NCBI GenBank assembly: GCA_043228905.1
Contig: JBHGNT010000013.1
Location: 7,502,001 to 7,566,000, forward strand
Source: Azolla caroliniana
Lineage: Eukaryota; Plantae; Polypodiophyta
Reading direction: 5' to 3'
DNA length: 64,000 nt
The position numbers were made by a program, and so were the translations under genes. The notes beneath the pieces are model-generated. The model ran no database searches. It had not been told where the DNA came from and was given only the letters and a program-made list of their open reading frames with translations. Numbering within the stretch: position 1 is the stretch's first letter; each line of letters opens with the position of its first letter. Below are positions 50,538 through 64,000 of the stretch, piece by piece.

Positions 50538-53500
50538 TATTAGAGATCTTGGTACTAAAGTAAGCTTAAGATAAGGATAAACTAATGATAGATAGAAAGG
50601 AGAAAGAGAAAGAAGGGTGCCGATCCACTCGAACAACCCCGAGCGAAGGGATCGAGACGGACTCGAGCCTCGATCGGCATCCCATACCATCGTCGTGGTG
50701 TCGAGTCGTACCTAGTGCTGGCGCACTCGCTACAAGAGTTGACCCACCACAAGAGTAGAGTCTCGATGTAGTCAAAAGATGATCAAATGATGGTAGTTAG
50801 GCCTCTTATTTATAGCGATACCCAAGGCCCCCAGGCAAGTTCACACTTGACCTCATGGGTTGTCTCAATCCCGAGGATTAAAAGTAATCCTCCCCTTCTT
50901 TACACTCTCGTTTAACCCTCACACTTATCCAGGTGTATAGAATACTACAGTAAATTCTCACCACGGGATATTATATGGTCATGCCCGTAACATACTCCCC
51001 CTCTTTAAAACATTGCACTCTAGCAATGGAAAGTTAGGGAAGTTAGTTATAAGAGTATTTTCGCGTTCCCATGGGGCATCTTTTATTGATTTATCCATCC
51101 ATTTTATTTTAAATTCTCATATTTCTTTAGTACGTAATTTTTTTGTTTTAACATCGAGGATTCTTTCTGGTACATGTGGTTTAGAAGATAATTCTTCAGA
51201 AGTAACCAGAGTTTCAGTTGTAACTTTATTGTCGCTAGAACCTAGAAGTTCTTTTAGACGACTCACATGAAAGACTGGATGAATTCCGACACCATCGGGA
51301 AGAGCGAGACGATAGGCTGATGACCCAATGCGTTTGAGGACTGTAAAAGGTCCACAAAACCGTGGGGCTAACTTAGCTCACTTACCCGTAGACAATGTCT
51401 TAGAATTGTGAGGTACACGTAAAAATACCTTCTGTCCAGGGTTGAATACACAAGGTTGCCTATGATGGTCGGCATAAAAACGCGCTCTATCTTGAGCTGT
51501 TTTTATATTATCTCGTGCAATATGCAACATATCTTGCATATCCCGAAGAAAGTTTTGCGTACTTCGCAAGTCATCATGATGTATATTAACATCAATCGGG
51601 GCTCGTGGCTGAAAACCATACATCAACATAAAAGGACTATATCCCGTCGACGTATGCTTGGAGCTGTTATAAGCAAACTCCAAAATTGGGAGATAACGTT
51701 CCCATTTTGTTGGTTTTGTACCAACGTATGCTCGAAGCATGTCCTCAATAATTTGATTTACTCGTTCTGTCTGTCCATTGGATTGAGGATGATCCGTGGA
51801 GCTCATGCTCAACATAGTTTCTAACTTCTTAAAGACTTGCGTCCAGAAGTCACTAGTAAACTTTGGATCTCGATCACTCACGATATCCATCGGTAATCCA
51901 TAAAAACGAAATAATTCTTCAACGAATTGGTAAGCCAATTTAGGAGTTGTTATCATGGTTTTAGTAGCAATAAATCTGGCCATTTTAGTTAGTCGATCAA
52001 CAACAACCCAGATGGCATCCTGACCTTTTTGGGTGCGAGGAAGGCTAACAATAAAATCCATGGATATACTTTCCCACTTATTGTTGGGAATGTCCAAGGG
52101 ATGTAAAAGTCCTGCGGCTTTAAGTCGTTCGGCTTTGTTAACCTGACACTGGTGACATTTAGTCACATAGCTATGTATGTTAGGACACATCTTAGGCCAA
52201 TAAAATTGAGTGGAGATGAGAACAAGTGTACGATGTATTCCAGGGTGCCCTGCTAAGGGTGCATCATGGCATTAAAAAATAATCCTCTTCTTGACCTCGG
52301 GTGAATATGGAACACAAACCTTCCCATTATAGTAGAGCAAACCGTTAGCAATGTGGAAGTATTCCTTCGAGGATGTGATGGTGTCTGTTCCAGACTCAAC
52401 TCTCGCCCAGTATTTTGCAAAATAATTGTCATCAGGATACTTTCCTCGAAGGTGATTATAAAGATCGGATGTTATTTCAGTGAGGCTAAGCATGTTAAAT
52501 TCACGGATGCGACTTAGTGCATCAGCGATAGTGTTCATGGAACCTTTACAATATCGTAGGGAGAAATCAAAGTCCTGGGTGAGATTAGCCCATCGTGCCT
52601 TACGACCTTTCAGGTCTTGTTGGTCACAAAAATATTTCAAGGACTCGTGGTTCGTAGTTATCAAAAAGCGATTTCCATAAAGATAATGGCGCCATGTTTT
52701 GAGCGCATGTACAACTGCAAATAACTCCTTTTCTTGAACGGTATACCGACATTGAGCAGAATCAAGTTTCTTACTCTCGAATGCTATTGGTTTACCATCT
52801 TGATATAAGACAGCACCTATAGCATAATCGCTTGCATCGGTTTCAACCTCAAAAGGTTTTGAAGGATCAGGTAAAAGAAGTGAAGGAGCCTTGCAAACCA
52901 GGTCCTTGAGTTCCTTAAACGCAAGTCTAGTGTAGCATTCCACACAATAGGTTTTGTAAACTTACGCATTTGACCTTTTAAAAGATCAGTAAACGGCGTC
53001 GTCAATTGGGAGTAATTACAAAGAGACTTTCGCAAAAACCCGACAAAACCAAGGAATGATCGAACTTCTCGAATATTCTAAAGAGTGGGCCAAAGCTTGA
53101 TTTTCTCAATGCGAGAAGGATCAATTTCAACTCCTGGTTCGGTTATGAGATGTCCAAGATAAGTAATTTATTTTTTGAAGAACTCACATTTTGAGATCTT
53201 CGCATAAAATTTTTTGTCACGCAATGTTTGTAAAACAAAGCGGACATGTCTAGCATGTTCTTGTAATGTATGGCTATAAACTAAAATATCATCCAAGAAA
53301 ATAACGACAAATTTTCCAAGTTGTTCTCAGAAAATGTCATTCATTTCTTGTTGAAAAGTAGCCGGAGCATTGGTCAAACCAAAAGGCATAACCAAAAACT
53401 CGTAATGGCCATAGCACGTATGAAATGCGGTTTTAGGAACATTGTCCTCACTTATTCGTATTTGATGGTAGCCAGTACGGAGATTAAGTTTCGTAAAATA

Positions 53501-56500
53501 CGGAGCTCCCTGGAGACAATCAATTAGATCGTCAACCCGGGGCAATGGATACGAATTCTTGATCGTCACTTTATTTAAGCGTCTGTAATTAATACACATA
53601 CGCCATGTGCCCTCTTTCTTTTTAACCAAGAGAACTGGTGCACCCCATGGAGATTTACTATAATGTATATAACCTATTCGTAAATAGTCCGTGAGTTGCT
53701 TAAATACCTCATCCTCTTCGGATCTTGCGTTTCCCAGCGAATTGCGACTGCTTAGTCCTGGGCGCTTTGTTGGGTTTGTTGTGGTCCTTCTTCGAAGTGC
53801 ATTGATAGCGAAGAACTATTTCAACGACCTCTTCGAAGGATTTTGGATCCTTATCGTGCACTATCCAGTGATAGTCGGAATTGGGGATGCCATTGACAAA
53901 ACAAGCTATCAACCAATTGTCCCCTTCTAGACCCGATTTTTGGATTTGGGTTCTAGCATGGTGAACATAGTCTTCTAGAGAGGAAAATTTCCTGCTAGAG
54001 AGGTTCATTAAAGCTTGTGCTGTCTCGGTTCGAGAGGGAGGTTGCAGAAATTGGCCCTTAAAAACCGTGACAAAATCTGTCCAGGTATCGGGCAATTTCC
54101 CCGTTGTACGGAGCCCACGCCACCAGGTGGCGGCTTTACCCCCGAGTTCTCGGCCGATATATGCAATCTTCGTACTATCTGGCGTGGGATAGAGCTCAAA
54201 ATGAGACTCCCATCGGCCTAGCCACATGCAGATTGCTTCTTTGGTTCTTTCCTTTTTGTCTCCCGTAAATGGCTTAACGACAAATGATGGTTCACCTTGT
54301 CACTCATCGGGTCTATTAGTCTCACGTTGTAGACTAATGACACGTGCCTCGAGAGCACTTTGAGATTGCCGAAGTTTGGTCATCTGTTGAGCGGTGAAAT
54401 TAAGGTATTGGGTTATTTGTGCCAAATACATCTCAGTGGACATTTGTCCAGGAGGATTCCCTTGAGTTCCTTCTGCTTGAGCGGATAACATCGGGTCGTT
54501 AATTTGAGTCATTAAAGATTATTTCTGGAAAAGAAATAGGATAAGGTCAGAGAGATAGTCATAACATCATGTCGTGATGTAAACATATCATGGGCAAACA
54601 TTAATTGATATCATGATCTCACGTCAATACCCCTCTAGACGTATGAGATGAGGTTGAAGATCAGGTTACAATGGTAACACAAAGGTGTTTTAAAAACCAT
54701 GGGGGTGACAAATAAATGTCTTTCCCTGATCTCTATATCGATTTTTTCATGGCGGCTCCTGGAGGCTCAACCATGTATGTTTGCCTCATGAATAGTTTAT
54801 ACACGAAAAAAATGTTAACAATTAACTATGTTTCAATGCCCACATATGTGGTTTCGGCTCTTTAATTCCTATTACGAGGACCCCGAAGTGCACTTAGACC
54901 TCAAGTCTAAACATGTGTTATAGTCATATGTGTCAACGATATTGTATGGTCTTGGTCATATTTGAACTCAAGACCTCGAGAACAAATATATTGAAGACTT
55001 GAGCCAACCAAGTAGGTTACTCTTCTTGAATGTTTAATATTTAATGCGTATAAAAGATATGTGAGGCATTTGCCCAAATATGTTTTTCTAAAAGAAACAT
55101 TTATGTCATGAGTCCTTATTTCCCCCTCATTTACCACAAACTTTGTTGGTACGATACCTAACCTCAAGTCTCGTAATTACGATGGCATACGCCAAAGTGC
55201 AACCTAATGGTCAAGCCAAATGAGCCCTCTTTTCGTAGTAGGCCCACGTGGCCCATCACATGGTTACGTCATTACGAATGCCTTTCGTAAGAATGATCTC
55301 ATGGTGGCATCGTATCCATGTAATGAGGGAGGGATGTTGGATATGTGTGCCAAAAGAGCGATCTCACATCAAGTGGGTCAAGCCCTACGTATACACGTGA
55401 TCACATATGCATATATAAAAGAAACATATATGCATAACTTATATACACATATGTATATTATCACATATACACGATCAAATACGTATACACGTGATCACAT
55501 ATGCATATATAAAAGAAATCATAATATTAAATAGCCAAAAATGATGTAATCGAAGCATATACCCTCTACGCACACGAAACATCTAAAAATAAGGGTTAAT
55601 CGTAATAGGCAATTGAGGTATTGATGTCATACGCATACGACACCAAACGCATATCATTTACATACAAATACCACCGTCGTGGCGTCGAGTCGTACCTGGT
55701 GCTGGCACGCTCGCTACAAGAGTTGAACCACCACGAAACAGAGTCTCAATATAGTTCAAAGATGATGAAATGAGGGTAGCTAGGCCTCTTATTTAGAGCG
55801 ATACCTAAGCCCCCCATGAAATTTCACACTTGGCCTAATGGGTTGTCTCAATCCCGCGGATTAAAAGTAATCCTCCCCTTCTTTATACTCTCGTTTAACC
55901 CTCACACTTATCCACGTGTATAGAATACTATGGTAAATTCTCACCACAGGATATTATATGGTCATGCTCGTAACATAACGCAAACGTAACATATGTTTGT
56001 CAACGTAATACGTAATTGAGGTATTAACCTCATACGCATACGACACTAATCACATATTCAATATATGTCAAATGAGGTATTGACCTCGTGCACATATGTA
56101 AACGTTTTATATAACCAATTAATTACCACTATAACATCATTGAATTAATGAAAAAAAAATTTACATATGACCATATACATGATTAGAAGGGAGAAAAAAA
56201 AACAAGAAAGATTACCGAAGTTCCTTTGTTGATTGCTGTCTAGATTAAGGCCGACCGCACATCGATCGATCACCATCAATCAAGAAGATAAACGACAACA
56301 AAAGAAACATTAAAACATGAGCTCTGAAACCAACTATTAGAGATATGATCTAATGTAAGTGTATGATAAAGGTAAAAAGAATGATACATATATAGATAGA
56401 AAGGAGAGAGAGAAAGAAGGGTGTCGATCCACCCAACCACCCCCGAACGAAGGGATCGAGATAGACTCGAGCTCGATCGGCATCCCATACCACCGTCGTG

Positions 56501-56793
56501 GTGTCGAGACGTACCTGGTGCTAGCACGCTCGCTACAAGAGTTGAACCACCATGAAACAGATTCTCGACGTAGTCAAAAGATGATGAAATGAGGGTAGTT
56601 AGGCCTCTTATTTATAGCGATACCCAAGGCCCCATGCAAGTTCACACTTGGACTAATGGGTTGTCTCAATCCTGAGGATTAAAAGTAATCATCCCCTTCT
56701 TTACACTCTCGTTTAACCCTCACACTTAACCACGTGTATAGAATACTACGGAAAATTCTCACCATGGGATAGTATATGGTCATGCCCGTAACA
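50538..56793 (-). mobile_element. Chromoviral gypsy element G with PBS-Met, long leader and a third partial LTR
   Basis: LTRs at 50538-50992 and 56335-56793, with a partial copy at 55669-55975. PBS at 56321-56332 and PPT at about 50995-51006. gag at 53709-54512, RT at 53327-53629, RNase H at 52272-52943, integrase at 51378-52190 and a chromodomain-like tail (PERILD...FKIKW...APWE). No TSD is seen; host sequence is deleted at the site. Confidence 0.92.
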
Positions 56794-59374
56794 GTTAAGG
56801 TTCATACAAGATCTTCGACCAATAAATAAAGTGACGATCCGCAATGTCAGGATCGGTCCAAGTATCGATGAGTTCGCAGAAGCATTTGCGGGAAGGTCCA
56901 TTTATTCTATTGGTGATCTCTACTCAGGCTACGATCAGTTTCAACTAGTAGTTGACAACAGAGACATCACAACAATGAGAAATCCGATTGGATTGGTACG
57001 GATGTGCACCCTACCTCAAGGCGCAACCAACTCTGTAGCACAAATGGTAAATGCCATGAACAAAGTACTAAGAGATTGCATCCCAAATATTACGATGCCT
57101 TTCCTCGATGATATCCCTATAAAAGGGTGCCCCAAATCAGAAAAGGACAAGTCTTTAGATCAAGATGGATGTCGACGATTTGTTTCAAACCATATTGAAG
57201 ACTGCGAGAGAGTGCTACAAAGACTAGAAGGAGCCGGGCTCACATTTTCCAGAGAAAAGTCGGCATTCGGCCAACACGAGGCCCTAGTAGTGGGACATCT
57301 TTGTGGACCATACGAACGGAAACCCTCTCCTGAGGAGGTGAATGCTATTCAAGAGATGCGAGAAGAATGTATATCCCAGACAGAGGTGTGAAGATTCTTA
57401 GGAGTGTGTGCCTTTTATCATATCTGGATTCCGCACTACGCTCATGTCTTCGAGCCATTATATGGATTGCTAAAGAAAAGAAAAAAGATCTAATGGCGAG
57501 AGGAGCATACAAACGCGATGCAAAGGTTGAAGAAACTACTTCTTGAAGCTCCAACGCTAAGAAAGGCCGACTATACTAAAGGAAAACCAATTTATGTGAC
57601 TGTGGATACGAGCCCAACTGGAATCGGGTGGGTCATCAACCAAGAAGGAGAAGATAGTGTACAGTATGCCATTCGGTTTGGAGCAAAGGTCCTCATCGAA
57701 CAACAGCAAGGATATGCCCAAGTCAAGCGGGAACTTTGGGGTATTGTGTCTGCGGTGAAGGTAAACAAAGACTACCCAATCGGGTCGGAAGTGATAATTG
57801 AGACGGATTGTCTCCCAATCCTCGGGATGATTTCAGGGTGTGCGGCACCAGATCTGGCTATGCTAAGGTGGATCGCCTATGTCAAGTTTTTGAACCCAGA
57901 AATCTACCACATTGTAGGAAAGAACAATGTCGTGGCTGACATGCTATCAAGAGAAAGATTCGAGAATGAAAGTGACATGGTTTCGGAAGATGAAGACATC
58001 ACCCTCGACTTCTACAAGGCAACCCAACTGTCAGTGGAAGACAAGGACATGCCAACCCTCCACGCCTTCAACGAGAATGAGTACGAGGGAGACTGGTTAC
58101 TAATCGGCAGGTTCTTGAGAACAATGACGACTGATGCTTCGTGGACGAAGGAGGAGGCTCTACGAATCCGGAAAAAAGCTTACCAATACTTTTTGAAGGG
58201 AGGATTCCTCTGGCGGCACCCAAAGAGAAGGATAGGAATGCCACGTCGAGTAGTGGTGAAGAGAGAGGACCAAGCAACGCTGATGTCTGAATTCCATGAG
58301 AGCCCTTGGGTAGGTCATAGAGGCACATGGGCGACATTTGAAAAGTTGAAAGAGAAGTATTGGTGGCCAAGCATGTACAAAGATGTACTTCATTTCGTGT
58401 CCACATGCGAAAACTGCCAAGTACATTCGAACATACGTCACTGTGATGAGTTACGACCGACATACCCACTCACCATACACTTCAAATGGATGGTGGATCT
58501 GGTCTCGATGCCAAAGGGAGTGGGACAGATGAAATACTTCAAATTTCTACTCGAAGAGGTCGTCTGTCGATATGGATGTGTAGGAAAGATAGTGCCTGAA
58601 CGAGGGGAGTTGGATGCACACGAAGCTATGGAGCTCTTTGAGCGACTAGGCGTGAAGCTCTCCCTCACGACTGCCTACAATCCGGAAGCAAATGGGAAGA
58701 TCGAGCAAGGGCATGGACCAATAGTCAAAGCTATCGTACGAGCATGCAATGGTCGAGTCGGGAACTAACCACGACTATTGCCCTATGCCTTGTAGGTTGA
58801 TAGAACTACACACAATTCTGTTACAGGGTATATGCCAGCAGAGCTTATGTATGGGCAAAAACTGGTAATACCCATCGAAAAGAAGATCACCTCTTGGATA
58901 GCGATACCATGGGAGAACGAGATGACCCGAGAAGAATTACTAGCGACACGAATAAGGCAGCTCGAAAGAAAGCCTGAAGATCTAGAAAATTCGCGAAAGA
59001 TAATGGAGGCCGCCCGGGTAAAGAACCAGATTTGGTTCAACAAGACACATCGACTACGTCCCAAGAAAATTGAAGAAGGAGATTGGGTATTGGTCTACGA
59101 CAACAACCTTGACAATCAACACAGGACAACAAGGAAGTTCGCAAGAAGGTCGTTTGGACCGTATGTGGTGACGAGTGCCGACGACAATGCCACCTACCAC
59201 CTTGCGGAGCTTGACGGATCAAGGTTGGCCATACCCATTGCGGGGAAAAGAGTAAAGATCTTCAAGAAAAGACAAGGTGATGATCTTGACCTTGATGAAC
59301 TCAACAATGAAGATGGTAGGACGGAACCCGCAAACGTGAGCGAGGTCAACGAGGACGTGGAGAAATCGGATTGA
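56794..59374 (+). pseudogene. pol: Gypsy F pol (RT, RNase H, integrase)
   Basis: ORFs 56831-57391, 57518-58768 and 58832-59374 contain FLDD, VDTSPTGIG, TAYNPEANGKIE and FGPYVV. Confidence 0.95.
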
Positions 59375-60865
59375 TCACCGTAACCAAAATCTCACACTCT
59401 CTTCTTGGCATGTACCGGAGGACGTGTGGTTTGGTGGGGGTGGATGTCTTGAATATTTTCAGCAACAGTGTAAAAATCATGTGGAAAGGAAAAAACATAG
59501 AAGGGTTCATTTTCACACTTCTCTCACTATTTTCTTCTTAGTGAGTTATACCACATATATATGCAGCTAACATGACTCTCTATATATAAAGACTCACTTA
59601 TCTCACATATATATATGACTATGTATATATATATATATGTGGGTGTGTGTGTTCATTTGTCTAAACTTTTGCTCAGCCGACTATTGTTCGATTGAATCCT
59701 ATTTCAGCTTTTCAGTCGATTTTGGCCAACCCACTCTTATTTTGGATTTTTGACCGATTTCGGCAATCGACTCCCGTTTCGGCTTTTCAGACAATTTCGG
59801 TAGTCGATTCCCATTTTGGCTTTTCGGTCGATTTCAGCAGCCATTTCTTGTTTCAGATTTCTGGACGATTTCGGCCAGCCAACTCTCATTTCGGCTTTTT
59901 CGTTCAATCTCGGCCAATTGACTCTCATTTCGGTTTTTCGACTGACTCACCCCCACAAGGAGGGACAACCTTACATAACACAATTGACTTACCACAAAGC
60001 CAAGTCATTTCTTAAAAAAGTTGTATTTTCATCATTATACTTTTTCATATGTAAATTCTCATACATGAGAGCTTGCATGAGTGATATGGTTATCATGCAT
60101 CACATGTAATGCATGAGCGCCAAATGGCAAACATGCATCGCATGCATTCCATGCATTACATGCATTGTATGCATGTCTTGCACCCTCACATGCATCATAT
60201 GCATGGTGGTATCTATAAGAGAGTGGAGAAAAAAAGAAAAGGGGAATCAATCTCTTAATCAAGCGAGCTATGTACTAATCAAGAAAATAATAATAATAAA
60301 TCTAGTTATCCTTTTGATGATGTATCTCATCTCTAAAAAGTGAAGTCAAGGGTTCAATCTCTATCTCTATCTCAATCTCTCTCTCTCTCAATCTGTCTCA
60401 TAATTGGAATCTCCGTCTCTCAATCTCTCTCTATCTATCTTAAATACTTTCTCGCTAAAGCTAGTAGAAACTTTGAATCCTTCCGGTCCAAGACCCTGGT
60501 GGTTCCGCTTCATTTCACAAACACGCGAGTATGTCCTCGACAACATAGTATCGGCATCCGCCGATCATCGGCGTTTGAGCCGGTCCCCATACATCCAAAT
60601 GTATGATGTTGAGGAGGCCTTTGCTTACTTAGTTCTCCGTCGGAAATGGGAGTCAATGTGCCGAGTTGACATGCTCAACACACTCGGTTGACTTGTTTTG
60701 ACTCGAAAGTCGGAAGTTCGATAACGACTCCCTTTGTTTGCATAGCTTGGAGCCGTTGGAGGTTGATGTGGCCGATTCTCTTGTGCCACAACTCGATGCT
60801 TGTCTCGGTTTCTAGAACTTTGGCAAGCATGGCCGATTTCACCTCGTTCGAATCGAGAATGAACA

Positions 60866-61098
60866 TTTGTACCTATATTCTACTCACACATGTGCACCTT
60901 TGCACATGAGATGTATATATACCTCATTGTGGGTATTTTTGTATTTGGTGATGCTTTTTAATATAGTTAATCATCCCCCATCTTGTCTCATTGTTCATAA
61001 GTGTTAACTTGCTCTCTCTCTTCCTCTCACACACATACACACACAAAGCACTTAATCTTTCGCTTAACTTAATCACATATTTAGGTACTAATTAACCC
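60866..61098 (+). repeat. Inverted homolog of 43378-43547 (LTR-like)
   Basis: For example, TAGTTAATCATCCCCCATCTTGTCTCATTGTTCATAAGTGTTAACTT is the reverse complement of a stretch within 43465-43512. Confidence 0.85.
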
Positions 61099-61099
61099 T

Positions 61100-63612
61100 T
61101 CAAGAATGAAATGTACATATTCCCGATGACCTGCGGCAGAAGCTCAATCTCAAGTTGGAGAAATGAATACTCGTAGGGTACTCACTTGAGCAAAAACGGT
61201 ATAAGTGCTTCAACCCTTCCACCAAGAAGGTACGAGTGAGTAGGGATGTAGTATTCGACAAGCTAGCTCCTGGTATACAATTGAATCAGCCCCATCCGAC
61301 ACAATCGAAACCGAGTTCGACACAAATGCGGAGGAGGAGGATCGACCGAGGTTCACATCAAAGGAAAGTCCAATCTGAACCAGGTTGAGTGGACCACAAG
61401 AGCCTCCAAGCGACCAAAGCATGTCACGGTTGAGTCCAAAACAGGACAAAGGAAAGGCCAAAATGCCAAAGTATGAAGACTCAATTGGAAATGAATCGAT
61501 TCACTTATCCAGTAGTGAGTTTGGTAGATTGGATGTGGCCATCATGACGACACTAGGAGAACCATGTCGATCCATCCAAGAAAAGAACGTAGTCAATCGA
61601 TTCGGCTACTATGACTACATGGCATATCATTATGCATTCATGATGAAGGTGTCGACAGTCTGAGAACTGGTAAACTATTCCGAAGCCGCGAAGGACCCTA
61701 GATGGGTCGAAGCGATGAATGAGGAGATGCAAGCACTCTCCAAGAACGAGACATGGGATCGCGTCCCTTCTTCAAACCACCAGAAGGCAATTGGATGCCG
61801 GTGGATCTTCAAGATAAAGCACAATGTTGATAGCACTATCCATCGGTGCAAGGCTCAGCTTGTGGCAAAGGGGTACACACAGATGCACGGTGTCGACTAC
61901 GAAGAGACCTTTGCCCCAGTGGCAAAGATGACCACAATTCGAACCGTGATCGTGCTTGCAGCAACAAAAGGGTGGCACCTCCATCAAATGGATGTAAAGA
62001 ACGCCTTTCTACAAGACAAGTTAAAAGAAGAGGTGTACATGGTGAACCACCCAGATTCATGTCAGCTACACATCCGATTGTTGTCTGCCAACTCAAAAAG
62101 CCTCTCTACGGCCTGAAGCAGGCACCGAGAGCATGACATTCGAAGATAACGAATATCTTCATCAAATCGGCTTCAACATGTCCAAGTCCGACAACTCTCT
62201 GTTCATCCAGAGTGACTCCAGAGGATAGGTATTTATCATCATTTATGTGGATGATTTGGTGATAGGAGGAGAGCATTTAGTGGTTATTGAGCACATCCAA
62301 AAGATCCTCTCCAGTCGATTCGAAATGACCGATATGAAGGCGCTCCATTACTTTCTAGGAATAGAAGTAATTCGGACTCCAAACGGCATCATGCTTTCTC
62401 AAAAGCACTATACCCTCAATCTTCTTTACAAGTTTGGGATCACACAGTGTAAGCCCGTCACTACTCCTCTTGATCGAAATCTAAATCTAGATGCCGACTC
62501 AGGCACTAGAGAGTGTGAGCCGACGCATTATCGTCAACTAGTCGGAAGCCTCATCTACCTCACAATTACCCGACTCGACCTGAGTTGCCCGGTCGGCCTT
62601 CTTTGTCAGTTTATGCAAACTCCGCGAGACATCCATCTCGACTGTGCTAAGCTAGTGCTAAGGTATGTGAGTGGAACCGTGGATTTCGGCATCCTTTACA
62701 AATCGGCCACACCAATACGGCTCGAACGTTATACCAATGCCGACTGGGCCGGCTACAGAGCCAACCAATGATTGACATCTGGATTTATCTTTTCTCTCGG
62801 CAGTGGCGCCATATTGTGGAGTAGTAAGAAACAGCAGATAGTCACACTGTCGAGCACCAAAGCTGAATACAGGGGCACGGTCGTAGCCGCATTCGAAGCT
62901 GTTTGGCTCAAGAGAAACTCAAAGGATCTGGGCGTTCCTATCAAGGATCCGATTCTCCTCTACTGCGACAACATGAGCAGTATTCACCTTGCTCGGAACC
63001 CAATCTTCCATGTTCAAACTAAGCACATTGAAGTACACTACCACTTCATCCAAGAGCATGTTCTAGTCGGGAATGTCGACCTATAATACATTAGCACAAA
63101 CCTGCAGATGATCGACATCTTCACCAAGGCCCTAGGAATCGACAAGTTGCGGCAGTTCACGACCAACCTGGTTCTTTCGACCATTGACCAACCGAGCTTG
63201 AGGGGGAGCAATAGGACTACACCCGGCCATTTGAAGCCGTAGTCGTCTAGCCATCTCACAAAAACGACCCGAAGACCAACCCGAACCAACCATCCGGAAG
63301 CCGAAGCCGGAAGTTGTGTTTGAAGGGGCGTGTTGAGAATCAAACTCAACTTCCTGTGAGTGGGAACACACTCTAGGATACTCAAGTGTGTGAACACCCC
63401 ACCTCCTGTATAGTAACTAGTGTGTCATAGAAGTTAATGTCCCATGACACATATTCCTTAGGTAGTTAGGACACGACCTCTTTCCCAAGAGGTTGTACTA
63501 GTGAGAGAAATTAGAGAGAGGTGACTACATAAACACCTTCTCCCTCTTGTTGTAAACGTTGCTCATTCTTGCTTCCTTGTAATACAGTTTTTCTAATTTT
63601 TCTGTAATCGTG

Positions 63613-63664
<52 letters not shown>

Positions 63665-63705
63665 ACACACAAACACACACACACACACACAATTCTTCCA
63701 CTACA
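61100..63705 (+). mobile_element. copia element I, 3' half (integrase end, RT, RNase H, 3' LTR at 63331-about 63705)
   Basis: [42 protein letters not shown]-like GAAGGGGCG followed by TGTTG...CA. Confidence 0.9.
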
Positions 63706-63714
63706 CAGAATCCA

Positions 63715-64000
63715 TCCAATTCTTTATAAAGACAAATCTGAACCATCTCATCTTCGTCCAGTGTCACGTTGATGAATTCCAAGGCATCACAGATCTCTTT
63801 AATCTTCGTGGTGTAGTTGGTCACCATCATATCCCTTTGTGGATATTGTTGAGCTCCTACTAAAGGTGCAGCTTACAGGCCGTGGTACTTGCGGCGAAAA
63901 TCTTTTTCAGATTCTCTCATGCCTCCTTTGACATCTTTGCATCTCGAATGTAGCACAGCATCTAGTCGTGCACACAGGATGCAAGGTAGGTGCTACTTCA
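63715..64000 (-). pseudogene. gag: copia gag fragment
   Basis: The minus strand reads YTTKIKEICDAL...DEMVQICL, like gag at 22207-22641. Confidence 0.8.

Larger units (their letters stand above)
43686..60542 (+). mobile_element. Gypsy element F (same family as host A) with two nested elements
   Basis: 5' LTR at 43686-48859 (interrupted at 44066-48529) and 3' LTR at 59445-60542. Degenerate Trp PBS TAGTGAACTCGATGTGA at about 48868-48884. G-rich PPT before 59445. 4-bp TSD ACGT/ACAT. Confidence 0.9.

Noticed and set aside
1-64000. Fungal RIP as the cause of stop codons
   Set aside because: The repeats remain GC-rich and the changes look like ordinary methylation-linked transitions. The element set is plant-like.

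Overview
This window is eukaryotic, transposon-saturated DNA. The element families suggest a non-seed land plant (bryophyte, lycophyte or fern), which is an inference. I found no intact host gene, RNA gene or CRISPR array. It is a nest of degenerate Ty3/gypsy and Ty1/copia LTR retrotransposons, many resolvable to LTRs, PBS, PPT and TSD, plus a hAT-type MITE and two copies of a large DDD-transposase DNA transposon. The standout is that DNA transposon (1767-16225): 25-bp TIRs starting GGG, a 4-bp CAAG TSD and Sola2-like transposase motifs. Inside its TIRs it carries a second, convergent, multi-exon gene ending in an FCP1/NIF-type HAD phosphatase domain. Arrays of the palindrome TAGCTAATTAGCTA sit next to both TIRs and fill one intron of each gene, and a 118-bp inverted duplication (hairpin) lies inside the transposase. 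Other notable items are a chromovirus with a self-complementary (Tf1-like) primer site and heat-shock elements, and a gypsy lineage primed by tRNA-Trp with a 4-bp TSD. Coordinates were counted by eye; family assignments rest on motif recognition, not database searches.
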